NCBI RefSeq assembly: GCF_964059055.1
Contig: NZ_OZ060386.1
Span: 420,001 to 452,000 of the forward strand
Direction: 5' to 3'
Length of the DNA stretch: 32,000 nt
Source of the DNA: Buchnera aphidicola (Neophyllaphis podocarpi)
GTDB taxonomy: Bacteria; Pseudomonadota; Gammaproteobacteria; Enterobacterales; Enterobacteriaceae
Position 1 is the stretch's first letter; each line of letters begins with the position of its first letter. Positions 10,392-20,954 of the stretch are shown piece after piece. The notes under the pieces were generated by a model that was given only the letters and a program-made list of their open reading frames with translations, was not told the origin of the DNA and did not search any database. Made by a program: the position numbers and the translations under genes.

Positions 10392-13300
10392 ATGCAAAAG
10401 AAAATAGATATAATAAATATCAATATTAATGAAGATATGATAATTGAATCATCAGCAGGAACAGGTAAAACTCATGCTATATCATTAATATATTTAAAAT
10501 TATTATTAGGTATAGATTATCCTAAAAGTTTACCAGTAGAAAAAATTTTAATTATAACATTTACTAATTTAGCTGTAGATGAGCTAAAAAAAAGAATTAA
10601 AAATAATGTATATGAATTAAAACTAGCTTGCTTTAAAAAAAAAGTAATATTAAAGAAATAAATGAACTATTCAAAAAAATAAAAGATATAAAAAAAGCTA
10701 TATCTTTACTGACAAAAGCAGAAAATACATTAGATAATTCTTCAATATATACAATACATTCATTTTGCAAGAAAATATTAGAAATAGATATATTTCAACA
10801 TGAATATATAACTACTAATAATAGAATTATTTATAATGAAGAAGAGATATATGAAACTGCAACAACAGACTTCTGGAGAGAAAATTTTTATAATTTATCT
10901 ACTTCATTAACTAATATTATACATACAGAAATCAAAAATCCTAAAAAGCTATTAAATAATATAAAACCTTATTTAAATAATACTTATGTAGATATAAAAT
11001 ATCCTAATTATACAAAATATCAAATAAAATATATAAATAAAAAAATATTATCTAATATAAATATTTTTAAAAAATATTGGATAGACAACGAACTAATTTT
11101 AATAAAAAATATAATATCAAAAATAAAAAATAAATTTTATAAAAAAACTATTATAAACTATTCAAAAAAAATCTCTAATTGGGTAAAAAATGATGTTTTA
11201 TATTATAAAATACCTAAAGAATTAGAATATTTCTCAATAAAAGAAATAAGTAAAAAAAATAAAATTATTAATAGTGAAGAATTATTTTTTTTAAAAAATA
11301 TAGAAAATTTTCTAAAAAAACCTATATTTCTAATAGATATTATATATGCTAAATCTATCAAAGAAATAAGGAAAAAAATAAAAGAAATTAAAAAACAAAT
11401 TTCATTAATAGAATTTAGTGACATAGTAAGATTATCAAAATATATATTAAAAAATAAAAATAAATCAAAAAATATCTTAAAATATATAAGAAAAATATAT
11501 CCAATAGCTATAGTTGATGAATTTCAAGATACAGATAATGAACAAAATATAATTTTAAAAGAAATATATATTAATAGTAAAAATGTTATATTAATATTAG
11601 TAGGAGATCCAAAACAATCTATATATAATTTTAGAGGAAGTAATATATTTAATTATTTCAATATAAAATCAAAAATCAAAAACCATTATTATTTAAATAA
11701 TAATTGGAGATCATCAAAAAGCATGATAAGTAGTATAAACTATTTATTTTCAAGAATAAAAAAACCTTTTTTTATAAAAGAATTAGAGTTTATTCCAGTA
11801 AAATATACTAAAAATAGTAATAAAATAAAAATAGAAGTAAATAATAAAGAATATTCTGCTTTAAAAATTTGGATGTATAAAAATTGCAAAACAAATATAA
11901 AAGAATATACTGAATGGTCATCAAAAATATGTGCTAAAGAAATAAATTATTTATTACAAAAAAGTATTGAAGGTAAGGCTATATTAAAAAAAGGAAAAGT
12001 AACAAAAAAAATAAAAGAAAAAGATATAGTTATATTAGTTAGTAACAAAAACGAAGCTTTAAAAATACAACAAGCTATGAATAAATACAATATAAATACA
12101 TTATATTTATCAGAAAAAAATAGCGTATTTTCAACATTAGAAGCAAAAGAAATATTATGGATATTACAAGCTTTAGCTAATCCCCCTTCAAAAAAATTTA
12201 TAAATCAAGTATTACTTTCTAGTATTTTTCAAAATAAAATAAAATCTTTAGACAAATATGATAATAATAAAAAATATAATTATCAGAATTTAGCTAAAAA
12301 GCTTTATAAATATAAAATTATATGGAATACACTAGGAATATTAGAACTAATAAAAAATTTAATAGAGTACATGTTAAAAAATAATTTAAATAAACATTTT
12401 ATATCAAAACAAAAAATAAATAATTTTTTACATTTAGGAGAATTAATTCAAAAAAAATCTGAAAAAATTAAAAATAAAACTTATTTAATATATTGGATTC
12501 AAAGAAAAATAACAAATACAAAAAAAATAAAAGAAGAAGAAATTATAAAAAACAATGATTTAAATTCTGTAGTTATTAATACCATACATAAATCTAAAGG
12601 AATGCAATATCCTATAGTATGGTTTCCTTTTGCTATTAATTTTCTAAAAGTTCAAAATGGAACTTATTATAATCCAAAAACTAAAAAAAATACTTTAAAT
12701 TTCAAAGTTACAAAAAAAAATATCAATAAACATATAAATGAAATGATGTCAGAAAAATTAAGATTAATATATGTAGCATTAACAAGATCAATATGGCACT
12801 GTAGTTTGAGTATATCACAAGAATTAATCAATGATAAAAATATAAAATATTATAAAAAGTACAATATAAAATATTCTAGCCCTATAGGTTATTTGCTAAA
12901 AAATAATAAAGATTTAACAATTAATGAAACAATTAATAAATTAATAAGAAAAAAAAATAGCAATATAGAAATATTAACAAATAATTTATATAAAAAAGAA
13001 AAAATTACAGAAATTAAATCAGATATGATAGATTTTAAAAAAACAAATACTGATATAAATTTAATAAAAAAAGAAAAATGGAGTATTTTAAGCTATTCAA
13101 ATATAAAAAAAAATAATAAATTAGAGTTTAATAATAAAAAATTAAATAAAAATATAAAAAATAAAAATAATTTAACAATTAAAAACTTTCCTCAAGGATT
13201 AAATACTGGTTTATTAATGCATGAAATTCTAAAAAAAATAAACTTTAAACAAAAAATAAAAATAAAACTAATACATCAAATATTAAAAAAATACAATTTT

Positions 13301-13876
13301 AATTATAAATGGTTAAATATAGTTTTACAATGGACTAAATATATTTTAAATAAAAAATTAAATATTAAAAATTTATATCTATGTAAAATTAAAGAAGAAA
13401 ATTTAATAAAAGAATTAAACTTTTATTTGCTTATAAAAAATAGAATAACTGAAATAAAGTTTAATGAAGTAATTAAAAAATTTGATAATATATCAAATGC
13501 TTCTAAAAATATAAAATTTACTGATACAAAAGGAATTTTTTACGGAAAAATTGATCTAATATTTAAGTGGAGTAAAAAATATTATATTCTTGATTACAAA
13601 TCAAACTGGATAGGAGAAAACAATCAAAATTATAAATTTGATTATTTAATTAAAGAGATAAAAAAATATAGATATGATATACAATATCACATATATAGTT
13701 TAGCTCTACATAGATATTTAAAAAGTAAAATAAAAAAATATGATTTCAAAAAATATTTTGGAGGTATATTTTACTTCTTTATAAGAGCAGCTAAAAGTAA
13801 AAATATAAAAGAAGGGATATTCTATAAAATACCTGAAGAAAATTTAATTAAAAGTTTAGATAAATTATTTGATTAA
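10392..13876 (+). pseudogene. recB: Exodeoxyribonuclease V beta subunit (RecB helicase-nuclease), interrupted by a single frameshift in an A9 run at 10635-10643
   Basis: ORF 10392-10661 (frame 3) carries the RecB N-terminus and Walker A motif (ESSAGTGKTHAI; ITFTNLAVDELKKRI). I translated frame 2 by hand from 10637 to the listed ORF 11723-13876 and found no stop. That stretch encodes SSIYTIHSFCKKIL, AIVDEFQDTD, LVGDPKQSIYNFRG and NNWRSS. The downstream ORF has TIHKSKGMQYPIVW, LIYVALTRS and the nuclease motif GKIDLIFKWSKKYYILDYKSN. One added A in the tract gives about 1161 aa. Confidence 0.88.
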
Positions 13877-15672
13877 TGAAAAACACAAAGATAATAAAAT
13901 TATTAAAACAAGCAGCTAAAAAATCAATAATTAATTATATTGATATATATTTTGCCGAATCTATATGTAATATAGAAAATAAAAAAATATTCATATCTAT
14001 AGTATGTTTAAGTCATAATTTTCAAAAAGGAAATAGTTGTTTACCTATTAGTAAAATAAATCCAAAATTATTTAATAATAATAATTTAATAAAAAAAATA
14101 TTTGATATTATAGGAAATAATATAAATTGGAATTTAAAACTGAAAAGCAGCAAAATAATTGGTGATAAAAAAAATTTTCTTAATAAACCAATTATTTTAA
14201 ATAATAAAAAACTATATCTAAATAAAATTTGGAAAGAAGAAGTACAAATTTTTGAATTTATAAAAAAAAATATTAATATAAATACAAAAATAAATAATAA
14301 AAAATATAATAAAATTATATATAAATTATCTAATAATGAAAATTATGATTTAACACAAAAAAAAGCTATTAGCATGGCCTTAAAACGTAAAATAACATTT
14401 ATTATAGGAGGGCCTGGAACAGGAAAAACAACTACTATATTTACAATATTAAAATATTTTATAAAACTATCAAAACCAAATACAAAAATAAAACTATTAG
14501 CTCCAACAGGTAAAGCAACTTTTAGATTAAAAGAATCTATAAAAAATTCTATTAAACTAGATAAATTATTAAATAAACAAATAATAAATTATAAAATAGA
14601 AACTATACATAAATTTTTAGAAAAAAATAAAAAAAATGAAAAAGAAAATATAATAAACAAAAAAAAAGAATTTTTAAATATCATAGATTTAATTATTATA
14701 GATGAATCTTCTATGGTTGATTCATATATAATGAGTAAATTACTAAACATAATAAATAGGGATACTAAAATAATATTTGTTGGAGATCCTAATCAATTAT
14801 ACCCTGTCAAACATGGATCATTTTTAAAAGATGTATCTTATTTTTACAATATAACAAAAAAACAAAATAATAATTTTATAAGAAACAATATATGTAAATT
14901 AAAAGAAAATTATAGATTTTCATCTAAATCTGATATTCACAATTTAGCAGTAGCAATATATAAAAAAGAAATACATAAAATATATAAAATAATAAATAAA
15001 AAAAATAGTAAAATTATTTTTTTTGATGTTAAATCAGATTATGAATATAATAATATGATCATAAAAATAGTAAATAACTATAAATTATACTGGTTATCTG
15101 TAAAAAATGAATTAAATCCAAAAAAAATTATTAAAATATTTAATCAAAACAAAGTATTATGTATGATGAGAATAGGAAAACTAGGAATAAAAAAAATAAA
15201 TAAAAAAATAGAAAAACAAATGATGAATGAAAATATTATTCAATATGACAAAATTAATGATTGGTATATAGGAAAACCTATAATGATAATCAAAAATAAC
15301 AATGAACTAAAATTGTCAAATGGAGATATTGGAATAACAATTAAAGATAAAAACAAAGAAATGAGCGTATGTTTTATTAAAAATAATAATATTAAAAAAG
15401 TAAAAACATATTTAATTAATGAATATGAAACAGCATGGGCTATAACTGTACATAAATCACAAGGTTCTGAATTTGAAAATATATCACTAATTATTCCGGA
15501 AAAATTTTCTAATTTTTTAACAAAAGAATTAATTTTCACAGCAGTAACAAGAGCAAAAAAAACTGTATCGATTTATTCAAGAAAAAAAATATTAAATAAA
15601 ATTATAAACAATGAAGGAAGAAGAGATAGTGGAATGGTGGAAAAATTTTTATATTTAAATAAAAGAAAATAA
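13876..15672 (+). CDS. recD: Exodeoxyribonuclease V alpha subunit (RecD helicase)
   Basis: The 598-aa ORF has Walker A GGPGTGKTTT, motif IIIDESSMVD, VGDPNQL, and C-terminal TVHKSQGSEF...FTAVTRAKK. Its start ATG overlaps the recB stop (TAATG at 13874-13878). Confidence 0.92.
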   Translation: MKNTKIIKLLKQAAKKSIINYIDIYFAESICNIENKKIFISIVCLSHNFQKGNSCLPISKINPKLFNNNNLIKKIFDIIGNNINWNLKLKSSKIIGDKKNFLNKPIILNNKKLYLNKIWKEEVQIFEFIKKNININTKINNKKYNKIIYKLSNNENYDLTQKKAISMALKRKITFIIGGPGTGKTTTIFTILKYFIKLSKPNTKIKLLAPTGKATFRLKESIKNSIKLDKLLNKQIINYKIETIHKFLEKNKKNEKENIINKKKEFLNIIDLIIIDESSMVDSYIMSKLLNIINRDTKIIFVGDPNQLYPVKHGSFLKDVSYFYNITKKQNNNFIRNNICKLKENYRFSSKSDIHNLAVAIYKKEIHKIYKIINKKNSKIIFFDVKSDYEYNNMIIKIVNNYKLYWLSVKNELNPKKIIKIFNQNKVLCMMRIGKLGIKKINKKIEKQMMNENIIQYDKINDWYIGKPIMIIKNNNELKLSNGDIGITIKDKNKEMSVCFIKNNNIKKVKTYLINEYETAWAITVHKSQGSEFENISLIIPEKFSNFLTKELIFTAVTRAKKTVSIYSRKKILNKIINNEGRRDSGMVEKFLYLNKRK

Positions 15673-15701
15673 AAAAATTTTTTGTTGAAAAAAATTATTT
15701 G

Positions 15702-15778
<77 letters not shown>

Positions 15779-15866
15779 ATCAAATTTTAATTTATATTGT
15801 ATACTATACATAAATATACTTATATAATATGTGTATATTATATATAATATAAATTAAAAAATCAAG

Positions 15867-15929
15867 TATATATTTTATAAGTTATATTATATAATTTCAA
15901 ATTATATAATATAACTTATAAAATATATA
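15867..15929. repeat. Perfect 63-bp palindrome (31-bp arms around the central C at 15898) that abuts and includes the first base of the ribH start codon
   Basis: I checked all 31 pairs base by base: 15867-15897 (tatatattttataagttatattatataattt) is the exact reverse complement of 15899-15929. The one G/C pair (15881/15915) is also matched. The right arm ends on the A of the ribH ATG (15929-15931). Confidence 0.9.
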
Positions 15930-16402
15930 TGAAAATAATTCAAAGTGATTTCATTGCGTTAAATGCAAAAATAGCAATTTTGACTACTCATGTAAATAAC
16001 TTTATTAATGAAAATTTGTTAAGAAATAGTATAGATACTTTAATTAGAATAGGAAAAATAAAAAAAGATAACATAACAATCATAAAAGTTCCAGGATCTC
16101 AAGAATTACCTTTGATTACAAATATCATTGTAAAATCAAAAAAATATGATGCAATCATAGTACTAGGAAGTATTATTAAAGGTAAAACAATGCATTTTGA
16201 ATTGTTAGCAACCTCAGTTACAAATGAAATATCTAATATTAGTATTCAAAATAATATACCAATTACTTTAGGTCTTATTACAGCAGAAAATGTTATACAA
16301 GCTATAGATAGATCAGGAACAAAATATGGAAACAAAGGACATGATGCAGCTTTAGCATGTTTAGAATTAATAAACATAATTAATAAAATCAATAAATTAT
16401 AA
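15929..16402 (+). CDS. ribH: 6,7-dimethyl-8-ribityllumazine synthase
   Basis: The 157-aa ORF is collinear with E. coli RibE/RibH ([31 protein letters not shown] vs [51 protein letters not shown] vs [20 protein letters not shown]). Confidence 0.93.
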   Translation: [157 protein letters not shown]

Positions 16403-16487
16403 AATTTAAACCAAGATTTATTTAACAAAAATTTTTACATAAAATGTTTGCATGAAAACTAAATTAAAAAATTTCATAAAATAAATT

Positions 16488-17459
16488 ATGCTATACAATG
16501 AATTTAAAATAATTAAACAATTTTTTAATAAAAAACAAAAAAAAACTAAAAATTTAATTAAAGGCATTGGTGATGACAGTGCATTAATCAATATTCCATC
16601 AAAGTATAACCTAGCAATTAGTACAGATACATTAGTAGAAGGAGTACATTTTTTAAAAAATATAAAACCACAAGACTTAGGATATAAAGTATTAGCTGTA
16701 AATCTAAGTGATATGGCGGCAATGGGAGCAGTTCCTAAATGGATAACTATAGCTATTACAATACCTAAAATAAATTCATATTGGTTAAAAAATTTTACTA
16801 AAGGTCTTTTTTTATTATTAAATAAATACAATATGAAATTAATAGGAGGAGATACCACTAAAGGAAATTTAAGTATTAACATAAGCATTTATGGAATGGT
16901 TCCTAAAAATAATGCTTTATTGAGAAATGGGGCTAATAAAGGAGATTTAATATACGTAACAGGCACATTAGGTGATAGCGCAGCAGGATTATTTTTACTA
17001 AAACAAAATAATAAAAAAAAATATAAAAAAAATAAAGAATTAATTAAACGTCATTTAAACCCGATACCTAGAATTGAACATGGTTTAGCTTTAAGAAATA
17101 TTGCAAGTTCTGCAATTGATATATCTGATGGTTTAATAAAAGACCTATCTCATATTTTGAAATCTAGTAAATGTGGAGCAAATGTATATTTAGAATCATT
17201 ACCTATATCAAAAATGTTACGTAATAATTTTAAAGAAAAAAAGTGGTTAAATTGGGCTTTAAGCGCAGGAGAAGATTATGAAATATGTTTTACTGTACCT
17301 AAAAAAAATAAAACAAAATTAGATATAGCTCTTTATAATTTAAAAGTACCCTATACCTGTATAGGAAAAATTAACAAATCATGTAAAATTAAATTATTTT
17401 ATCAAAAAAAAGAAATTTATATAAAATACAAAGGATTTGATCACTTTCAAAAAAAATAA
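16488..17459 (+). CDS. thiL: Thiamine-monophosphate kinase
   Basis: The 323-aa ORF has GIGDDSALI near the N-terminus, DLGYKVLAVNLSDMAAMGA, GGDTT, and AIDISDGL. This is an AIR-synthase-like fold typical of ThiL. Confidence 0.88.
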   Translation: MLYNEFKIIKQFFNKKQKKTKNLIKGIGDDSALINIPSKYNLAISTDTLVEGVHFLKNIKPQDLGYKVLAVNLSDMAAMGAVPKWITIAITIPKINSYWLKNFTKGLFLLLNKYNMKLIGGDTTKGNLSINISIYGMVPKNNALLRNGANKGDLIYVTGTLGDSAAGLFLLKQNNKKKYKKNKELIKRHLNPIPRIEHGLALRNIASSAIDISDGLIKDLSHILKSSKCGANVYLESLPISKMLRNNFKEKKWLNWALSAGEDYEICFTVPKKNKTKLDIALYNLKVPYTCIGKINKSCKIKLFYQKKEIYIKYKGFDHFQKK

Positions 17460-17506
17460 CAAATAATTATACTATTTTATAAAGAATTAAATAAAGAGAA
17501 TTAAAT

Positions 17507-18664
17507 ATGAACGATATAATTTACATGAAAAAAGCTCTAATGTTAGCAAAAAAAGGGCAGTTTAGTGCTGCACCAAACCCTAATGTCGGATGTGTTATTG
17601 TTAAAAATGGAAAAATAATAGGAGAAGGTTGGCATATTAGACAAGGAGAACCTCATGCAGAAATAAATGCTTTAAAAAAACTAACAGAAAATGCGTATGG
17701 AGCAACAGTTTACATAAACCTAGAACCTTGTTCACATTTTGGATATACTCCTCCTTGTTGTAAATCATTAGTTTTAGCAGGAATTAAAAGAATAGTAATA
17801 GCTATGATAGATCCTAATCCTCTGGTATCAGGAAAAGGAATTAAATACATGAAAAAACATGGAATATCAATTTCTTGCGGTTTGATGAAAAAAGAAGCAG
17901 AATCAATAAATAAAGGATTTAATAAAAGAATGAAAACAGGATTACCATGGATTCAATTAAAAATGGCTTCATCGATAGATGGAAAAATATCAATGTCAGA
18001 TGGAAATAGTAAATGGATTTCTTCTGTAGAATCTAGAAAAGATGTACAATATTTTAGAGCAAAAAATCAAGTGATATTAAGCACAAGTAAAACTATTATA
18101 AAAGATAATCCATCTTTAAATGTAAGATATTCTGATATGAATCAAAAAACACAATCTTATTTTCTTAATGCAAAAATTAAACAACCTATTAGATTAATAA
18201 TAGATAGCAATAATCATATTAAACCTTTCCATAATGTAATTCAAACACAAGGAAAAATATTATTAGCAAGGTTAAAACCTGATAAAGAAAAATGGCCAAA
18301 AAACACGAAACAAATAATAATAGACAAAGATAACAATAATAAAATAGATTTATTATCTTTAATTTATAAATTAGGGAGTAAAAAAATTAATAATGTATGG
18401 GTAGAAGCAGGATCTCAACTAGCTGGATCGTTAATTAATATTAAATTAGTAGATGAGTTAATAATCTATCTATCACCAAAAATACTAGGAGAAAAATCTA
18501 AAGATATATTTACATTAAAAAAAACATTAAAAATATCTGAAACTATAGACTTTAGATTTAAAAAAATAAAAAGAATAGGAAAAGATTTAAGAATAATATT
18601 AAAGCCAAAATTAAAATCAAAATCATATAATAAAGAAACATATTATGAAAAAAAGTTATCGTAG
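17507..18664 (+). CDS. ribD: Bifunctional riboflavin biosynthesis protein RibD (pyrimidine deaminase / uracil reductase)
   Basis: The 385-aa ORF has the CMP/dCMP deaminase zinc motifs HAEINAL and [12 protein letters not shown], followed by a reductase half ([15 protein letters not shown]). The last 20 nt overlap nusB, giving a Lys-rich C-terminal tail. Confidence 0.92.
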   Translation: MNDIIYMKKALMLAKKGQFSAAPNPNVGCVIVKNGKIIGEGWHIRQGEPHAEINALKKLTENAYGATVYINLEPCSHFGYTPPCCKSLVLAGIKRIVIAMIDPNPLVSGKGIKYMKKHGISISCGLMKKEAESINKGFNKRMKTGLPWIQLKMASSIDGKISMSDGNSKWISSVESRKDVQYFRAKNQVILSTSKTIIKDNPSLNVRYSDMNQKTQSYFLNAKIKQPIRLIIDSNNHIKPFHNVIQTQGKILLARLKPDKEKWPKNTKQIIIDKDNNNKIDLLSLIYKLGSKKINNVWVEAGSQLAGSLINIKLVDELIIYLSPKILGEKSKDIFTLKKTLKISETIDFRFKKIKRIGKDLRIILKPKLKSKSYNKETYYEKKLS

Positions 18665-19073
18665 ACAAGCAAGAGAATTTGCTTTACAAGCAATTTATTC
18701 ATGGCAAATATCTAAAAACAATATTAAAAATATAGAAATAGAATTTATAATAGAAAAAAAAATAAAAAATGCTGATATTGTTTATTTTCGCTGTTTAATA
18801 TTCGGAGTGACATCAAAATATTATAAAATAGACAAAATTATGCAAGATTATTTATCTCGAAAATTAAAAGAAATAGATCAAATAGAAAAAGCAGTTTTAA
18901 GAATTGCTTTTTATGAATTATTATATAGAATAGATATTCCATATAAAGTTTTAATTAATGAAGCAATAGAATTAACTAAAAAATTTGGAGCTAATGCCAG
19001 TCATAAATTTATAAATGGAGTATTAGATAAAGCAGCTTATAAAATAAGGATTAAAAAAGAAGATAAACTATAA
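18645..19073 (+). CDS. nusB: Transcription antitermination factor NusB
   Basis: The 142-aa ORF begins [23 protein letters not shown] (E. coli [23 protein letters not shown]) and has C-terminal KFINGVLDK. Confidence 0.93.
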   Translation: MKKSYRRQAREFALQAIYSWQISKNNIKNIEIEFIIEKKIKNADIVYFRCLIFGVTSKYYKIDKIMQDYLSRKLKEIDQIEKAVLRIAFYELLYRIDIPYKVLINEAIELTKKFGANASHKFINGVLDKAAYKIRIKKEDKL

Positions 19074-19097
19074 AATCATTACACATATATAAAAAAT

Positions 19098-19129
19098 TAT
19101 AAAATATTATTAGTAAATAATATTTTATA
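19098..19129. terminator. All-A/T hairpin between the convergent nusB and dxs genes; possible weak bidirectional terminator
   Basis: tataaaatattatt (19098-19111) and aataatattttata (19116-19129) are exact reverse complements with a 4-nt loop (agta). The element lies between the nusB stop (19071-19073) and the dxs stop (19130-19132). The stem has no G/C pair, so its function is uncertain. Confidence 0.3.
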
Positions 19130-20932
19130 TTAAGATAACCATATACTAATTTGTTTTAAAATTCCATTTTTATCTAATTTGTAATCTTTTTTAATTTCAT
19201 CCTGTGTTCCATGAGGAATGAATTCATCAGGTAATCCAATATTTAAGACTGAAATATTGATACGACTATACATTAAAAACTCATTTACACTGCTTCCAGC
19301 GCCTCCTGAAATCATACCTTCTTCTATAGTAACAAAATATTTATGATTTTTAGATAATTTTAAAATCATCAAAGTATCAAGTGGTTTTACAAATCTCATG
19401 TCTATTACAGTAGCATTTAAATTTTGAGCAACTAATAAAACTGTAGATAATAAAGAGCCAAAATTTAAAATAGCAATATATTTTCCTGTACGTTTTATTA
19501 AACTCTTACCTATAGGTATAGAAGACATAGGTTCTAATTTAGCGCCTATTCCATGACCTTTAGGATATCGTACTACAGAAGGACCTCTTTTATAAAAATA
19601 TCCTGTATATAACATTTGTCTACATTCATTTTCATCACTTGGAGTCATAATTATTATACCAGGAATACATCTTAAATATGATAAGTCAAAAACTCCCTGA
19701 TGAGTTTGACCATCAGATCCAACAATTCCACCTCGATCTACAGCAAATAATATAGGAATTTTCTGTATAGCAACATCATGAATAACTTGATCATAAGCTC
19801 TTTGTAAAAAAGTTGAATAAATTGCTAAAACTGGTTTATATCCGCCTAAGTAGAGACCAGCAGCAAAAGTTACGGCATGTTGTTCAGCAATTGCAACATC
19901 AAAACATTGATCAGGAAATAATTTAGAAAAATTATTCATACCAGAACCTTCAATCATAGCAGGACTTATAGCAATTAACTTCCTATCATTTTTAGCTATC
20001 TCGCATAACCAATCACCAAAAATACTTGAATAACTAGGAAATTTATCATTTTTGGAATATACTAATTCTTTAGAATTAAGATAATTTTTTGAGACAGAAT
20101 GCCATTTAATGGGATCTTTTTCTGCAGAACTATGACCTTTGCCTTTTTTTGTTATTATGTGCAAAAATTTAGGACCTTTATATTTTTTTATTTTAGTAAA
20201 AACATCTATTAAAACAAAAATATTATGACCATCATAAGGACCAAAACATTTAAAGCCTAAATCTTTAAAAAAATTATAAGAAAATTTTTTATAGGCAAAA
20301 TTATAATTTTTGTTACTTAAATTAATAAAATTATGTATTTTAAATAAATATTTGTTTATAGCACCTAAATTTTTAGAAATAGACATTTGATTATCATTCA
20401 ATATAATTGATAATTCTGATTTTATATCTCCTAAATGATTTATTGCTTCAAAAGACATCCCTGAAGTTATAGCTCCATCTCCAATAACGCATAATGTAAA
20501 TCTATTTTCATTTTTTTTTGCTGCAGCAATAGATAAACCTAGTCCAGCACTAATAGATGTAGAAGAATGACCAACACCAAATACATCATATTTACTTTCT
20601 GTTCTAGACGGGAAAGAATGTAAACCATTTTTTTTTCCAATAGTTTTAATTAAATTTATTCTATTAGTTAAAATTTTATGAGGGTATGCTTGGTGACCAA
20701 TATCCCATATTAAATGATCAAAAGGAGTATTATATACATAATGTAATGCCACTGTTAATTCAATTACCCCTAGCCCAGATGCAAAATGTCCACTAGAACA
20801 ACTCATAATATCAATTAAATATTCACGAAGCTCATTGCATAATTCAGGTAAATTATTTACTGATAACATTCTTAGTTTATTAACAGAATTAGCAAAATAT
20901 AAAGTAGGATACTTTAAAATATTCAAACTCAT
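19130..20932 (-). CDS. dxs: 1-deoxy-D-xylulose-5-phosphate synthase
   Basis: The N-terminus of the 600-aa [20 protein letters not shown]...[46 protein letters not shown], is nearly identical in pattern to E. coli Dxs. It also has the TPP motif [13 protein letters not shown]. Confidence 0.96.
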   Translation of the reverse strand: MSLNILKYPTLYFANSVNKLRMLSVNNLPELCNELREYLIDIMSCSSGHFASGLGVIELTVALHYVYNTPFDHLIWDIGHQAYPHKILTNRINLIKTIGKKNGLHSFPSRTESKYDVFGVGHSSTSISAGLGLSIAAAKKNENRFTLCVIGDGAITSGMSFEAINHLGDIKSELSIILNDNQMSISKNLGAINKYLFKIHNFINLSNKNYNFAYKKFSYNFFKDLGFKCFGPYDGHNIFVLIDVFTKIKKYKGPKFLHIITKKGKGHSSAEKDPIKWHSVSKNYLNSKELVYSKNDKFPSYSSIFGDWLCEIAKNDRKLIAISPAMIEGSGMNNFSKLFPDQCFDVAIAEQHAVTFAAGLYLGGYKPVLAIYSTFLQRAYDQVIHDVAIQKIPILFAVDRGGIVGSDGQTHQGVFDLSYLRCIPGIIIMTPSDENECRQMLYTGYFYKRGPSVVRYPKGHGIGAKLEPMSSIPIGKSLIKRTGKYIAILNFGSLLSTVLLVAQNLNATVIDMRFVKPLDTLMILKLSKNHKYFVTIEEGMISGGAGSSVNEFLMYSRINISVLNIGLPDEFIPHGTQDEIKKDYKLDKNGILKQISIWLS

Positions 20933-20954
20933 TATAATAGCTCTTTATAAGAAA

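Noticed and set aside
10392-10661. Treating the 89-aa ORF (and likewise 141-440) as an independent small gene
   Set aside because: These are the N-terminal fragments of recB and holA. Homology continues in another frame immediately after a poly(A) run, so they are parts of frameshifted genes rather than separate genes.
16418-16888. A 156-aa minus-strand ORF overlapping thiL and the ribH-thiL spacer, plus a 60-aa ORF at 16246-16428
   Set aside because: Both are antisense to conserved ThiL and RibH coding sequence, with no motifs and a hydrophobic low-complexity composition. I treat them as shadow ORFs.
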